From contig CAWHKW010000031.1 of NCBI GenBank assembly GCA_963829995.1, positions 238,358 to 302,357 on the forward strand: 64,000 nucleotides of DNA. Reading direction: 5' to 3'. How positions within the stretch are numbered: the first letter of the stretch is position 1; every line of letters begins with the position of its first letter. This DNA is from an uncultured beta proteobacterium. Lineage in GTDB: Bacteria; Pseudomonadota; Gammaproteobacteria; Burkholderiales; Burkholderiaceae_F. This document shows positions 63,084 through 64,000 of the stretch, piece by piece. The notes below the pieces were generated by a model, which saw nothing but the letters and a program-made list of their open reading frames with translations, ran no database searches and had not been told where the DNA came from. The position numbers were made by a program, and so were the translations under genes.

Positions 63084-63581
63084 TCAGAAACTGACCGTGA
63101 GCTGCAAAGTTTCCGAGTAATTGCCAGCCGGAACGAACTGCGCGGAAGGTGCGACGCCGGTCATCGTTTGATTCACTGCAAACGAGTTGTTGCCGGTAAT
63201 GCCGAAGGAGCCTGAGGGAAATGTCCCGCAGCCCGCGTTTCCCCAGACGGTGCTCGTCGCGTTCTGATAAATGTTGTAACCGATGGTCGCATCGAGCGCC
63301 GGCTGGCGTCGCATCGTGCGTCCGGTAGCGCCCACACAGGTGCCCGACGAGCCATTCGTGAGCTGCATCGACCAATTAACAGTGGCGCTACCCGGTGGCG
63401 GACTGTTCTGACAGTTGAGCGTCACGGTCACCGTGGCATTCGCCGCCGAAAGCGGGTCATAGGTCATGAAGTTCATCGCGCCGGTGGTCGAGACCGAGCA
63501 GCTGACGGCCGCGCTGGCAGGCAGCGTTGCAACGAACAGAGCAGCGGCGAGCAGACCCTGAAGTACCCGCGCGGCGATCAT
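63084..63581 (-). CDS. Spore-coat-U (SCPU/Csu-type) pilus subunit
   Basis: Signal peptide plus SCPU domain (…AVSCSVSTTGAMNF…TVTLNCQN…). Confidence 0.65.
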   Translation of the reverse strand: MIAARVLQGLLAAALFVATLPASAAVSCSVSTTGAMNFMTYDPLSAANATVTVTLNCQNSPPPGSATVNWSMQLTNGSSGTCVGATGRTMRRQPALDATIGYNIYQNATSTVWGNAGCGTFPSGSFGITGNNSFAVNQTMTGVAPSAQFVPAGNYSETLQLTVSF

Positions 63582-64000
63582 TTGACCTCCGTGCACACGA
63601 ACGGGCCGAGCGTCGGAATCGCCTCTTTGGGCGGCGCGGTATAGCCGGCGATGAAACTGCAGCGCCCATTCGCGAGCTGCGCGGTGTAGCGCGCCGATGG
63701 CGGCAGGTCCGGTACGAAGATTTCGCCGTTGTGGCCCGACACGAAACTTTGCACGACGTCATGCGACCGAACCGTGATACCCGCCGGCAACGGCGAGCCG
63801 TCAGCAAGGCGGACTGCGAGCACCGCGCCGATCCGTCGGCGCGCTTCGTAGTCGGCGAGGGTGCCGGCGCGGTAGCTCGGCACGACCTGCAGGTCGCGGT
63901 GCCTGATCGTCACATCCATCGGCAGATCGCGCTCGTCGATCGTGATGCGGTTGGCGGAGTATGGACTCAGCCGCGGCAAGACAATCATGCCTTCTTCGTT
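63578..64000 (-). CDS. Fimbrial usher protein, C-terminal fragment; the gene continues beyond the window
   Basis: PapC-like C-terminal domain (…AVLAVRLADGSPLPAGITV…). Precedes the SCPU subunit in the operon. Confidence 0.5.
   Translation of the reverse strand, partial: NEEGMIVLPRLSPYSANRITIDERDLPMDVTIRHRDLQVVPSYRAGTLADYEARRRIGAVLAVRLADGSPLPAGITVRSHDVVQSFVSGHNGEIFVPDLPPSARYTAQLANGRCSFIAGYTAPPKEAIPTLGPFVCTEVK

Overview
This is a high-GC (~63-65%) betaproteobacterial window, Burkholderia/Paraburkholderia-like by gene content (an inference; no search was run). It is mostly accessory metabolism plus one unusual RNA-centred islet.

- **1-8.3 kb:** a 2-aminoethylphosphonate (AEP) utilisation locus. 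On the minus strand, gntR-phnA-phnY are translationally coupled. On the plus strand, the phnS-phnT-phnU/V-phnW transport and transaminase genes diverge from them, followed by a long palindromic repeat.
- **8.5-15.5 kb:** phospholipase D-family lipoprotein, EamA transporter, alanine dehydrogenase, a DMGDH/sarcosine-dehydrogenase-like FAD enzyme and an ArsR regulator.
- **15.9-18.1 kb:** a lower-GC islet carrying a NIPSNAP protein, a cysteine-dioxygenase-like cupin and frameshifted ORFs.
- **18.2-26.4 kb:** a five-gene minus-strand operon (phosphosulfolactate-synthase-like protein, orphan SBP, Fe-alcohol dehydrogenase, PuuD-like gamma-glutamyl hydrolase, aldehyde dehydrogenase). It is divergent from a sulfatase and a Bug/TctC SBP.
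- **26.4-31.2 kb (most striking region):** an XRE/Cro-like regulator and a terminator-bounded sRNA candidate lead into a dense array of 12 tRNA genes. Two of the 12 are structurally irregular. The array is followed by an RtcB RNA ligase and then two aberrant tRNA-like elements: a Met-like one with an 11-nt anticodon-loop insertion and an Ile-like one with a broken acceptor stem.
- **Immediately downstream:** an SPFH/slipin gene whose 3' end carries a 1.26-kb lower-GC insertion flanked by 74-bp direct repeats.
- **34.7-41.7 kb:** a disrupted adenylate-cyclase/NB-ARC/TPR STAND gene, a VOC protein, a SAM methyltransferase, a metallophosphoesterase-DAGK lipid kinase pair and pirin.
- **41.7-45.2 kb:** a four-gene operon of a GS-family ligase, a RuBisCO-like protein (RLP), a cupin and a DUF4124-glutaredoxin.
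- **45.3-64 kb:** conserved housekeeping genes (FmdB, DUF502, aspS, nudB), a cardiolipin-synthase-like PLD, the ligase-associated DNA damage response module (MBL exonuclease, ATP-dependent ligase, Lhr-type helicase), a SWIB/H1-like protein, an HNH endonuclease, CYTH-CHAD, and the start of a Csu/SCPU-type pilus cluster.

At least nine unrelated genes carry apparent frameshifts, which points to indel-rich sequencing rather than mass pseudogenisation. No CRISPR array, integrase or transposase was seen.
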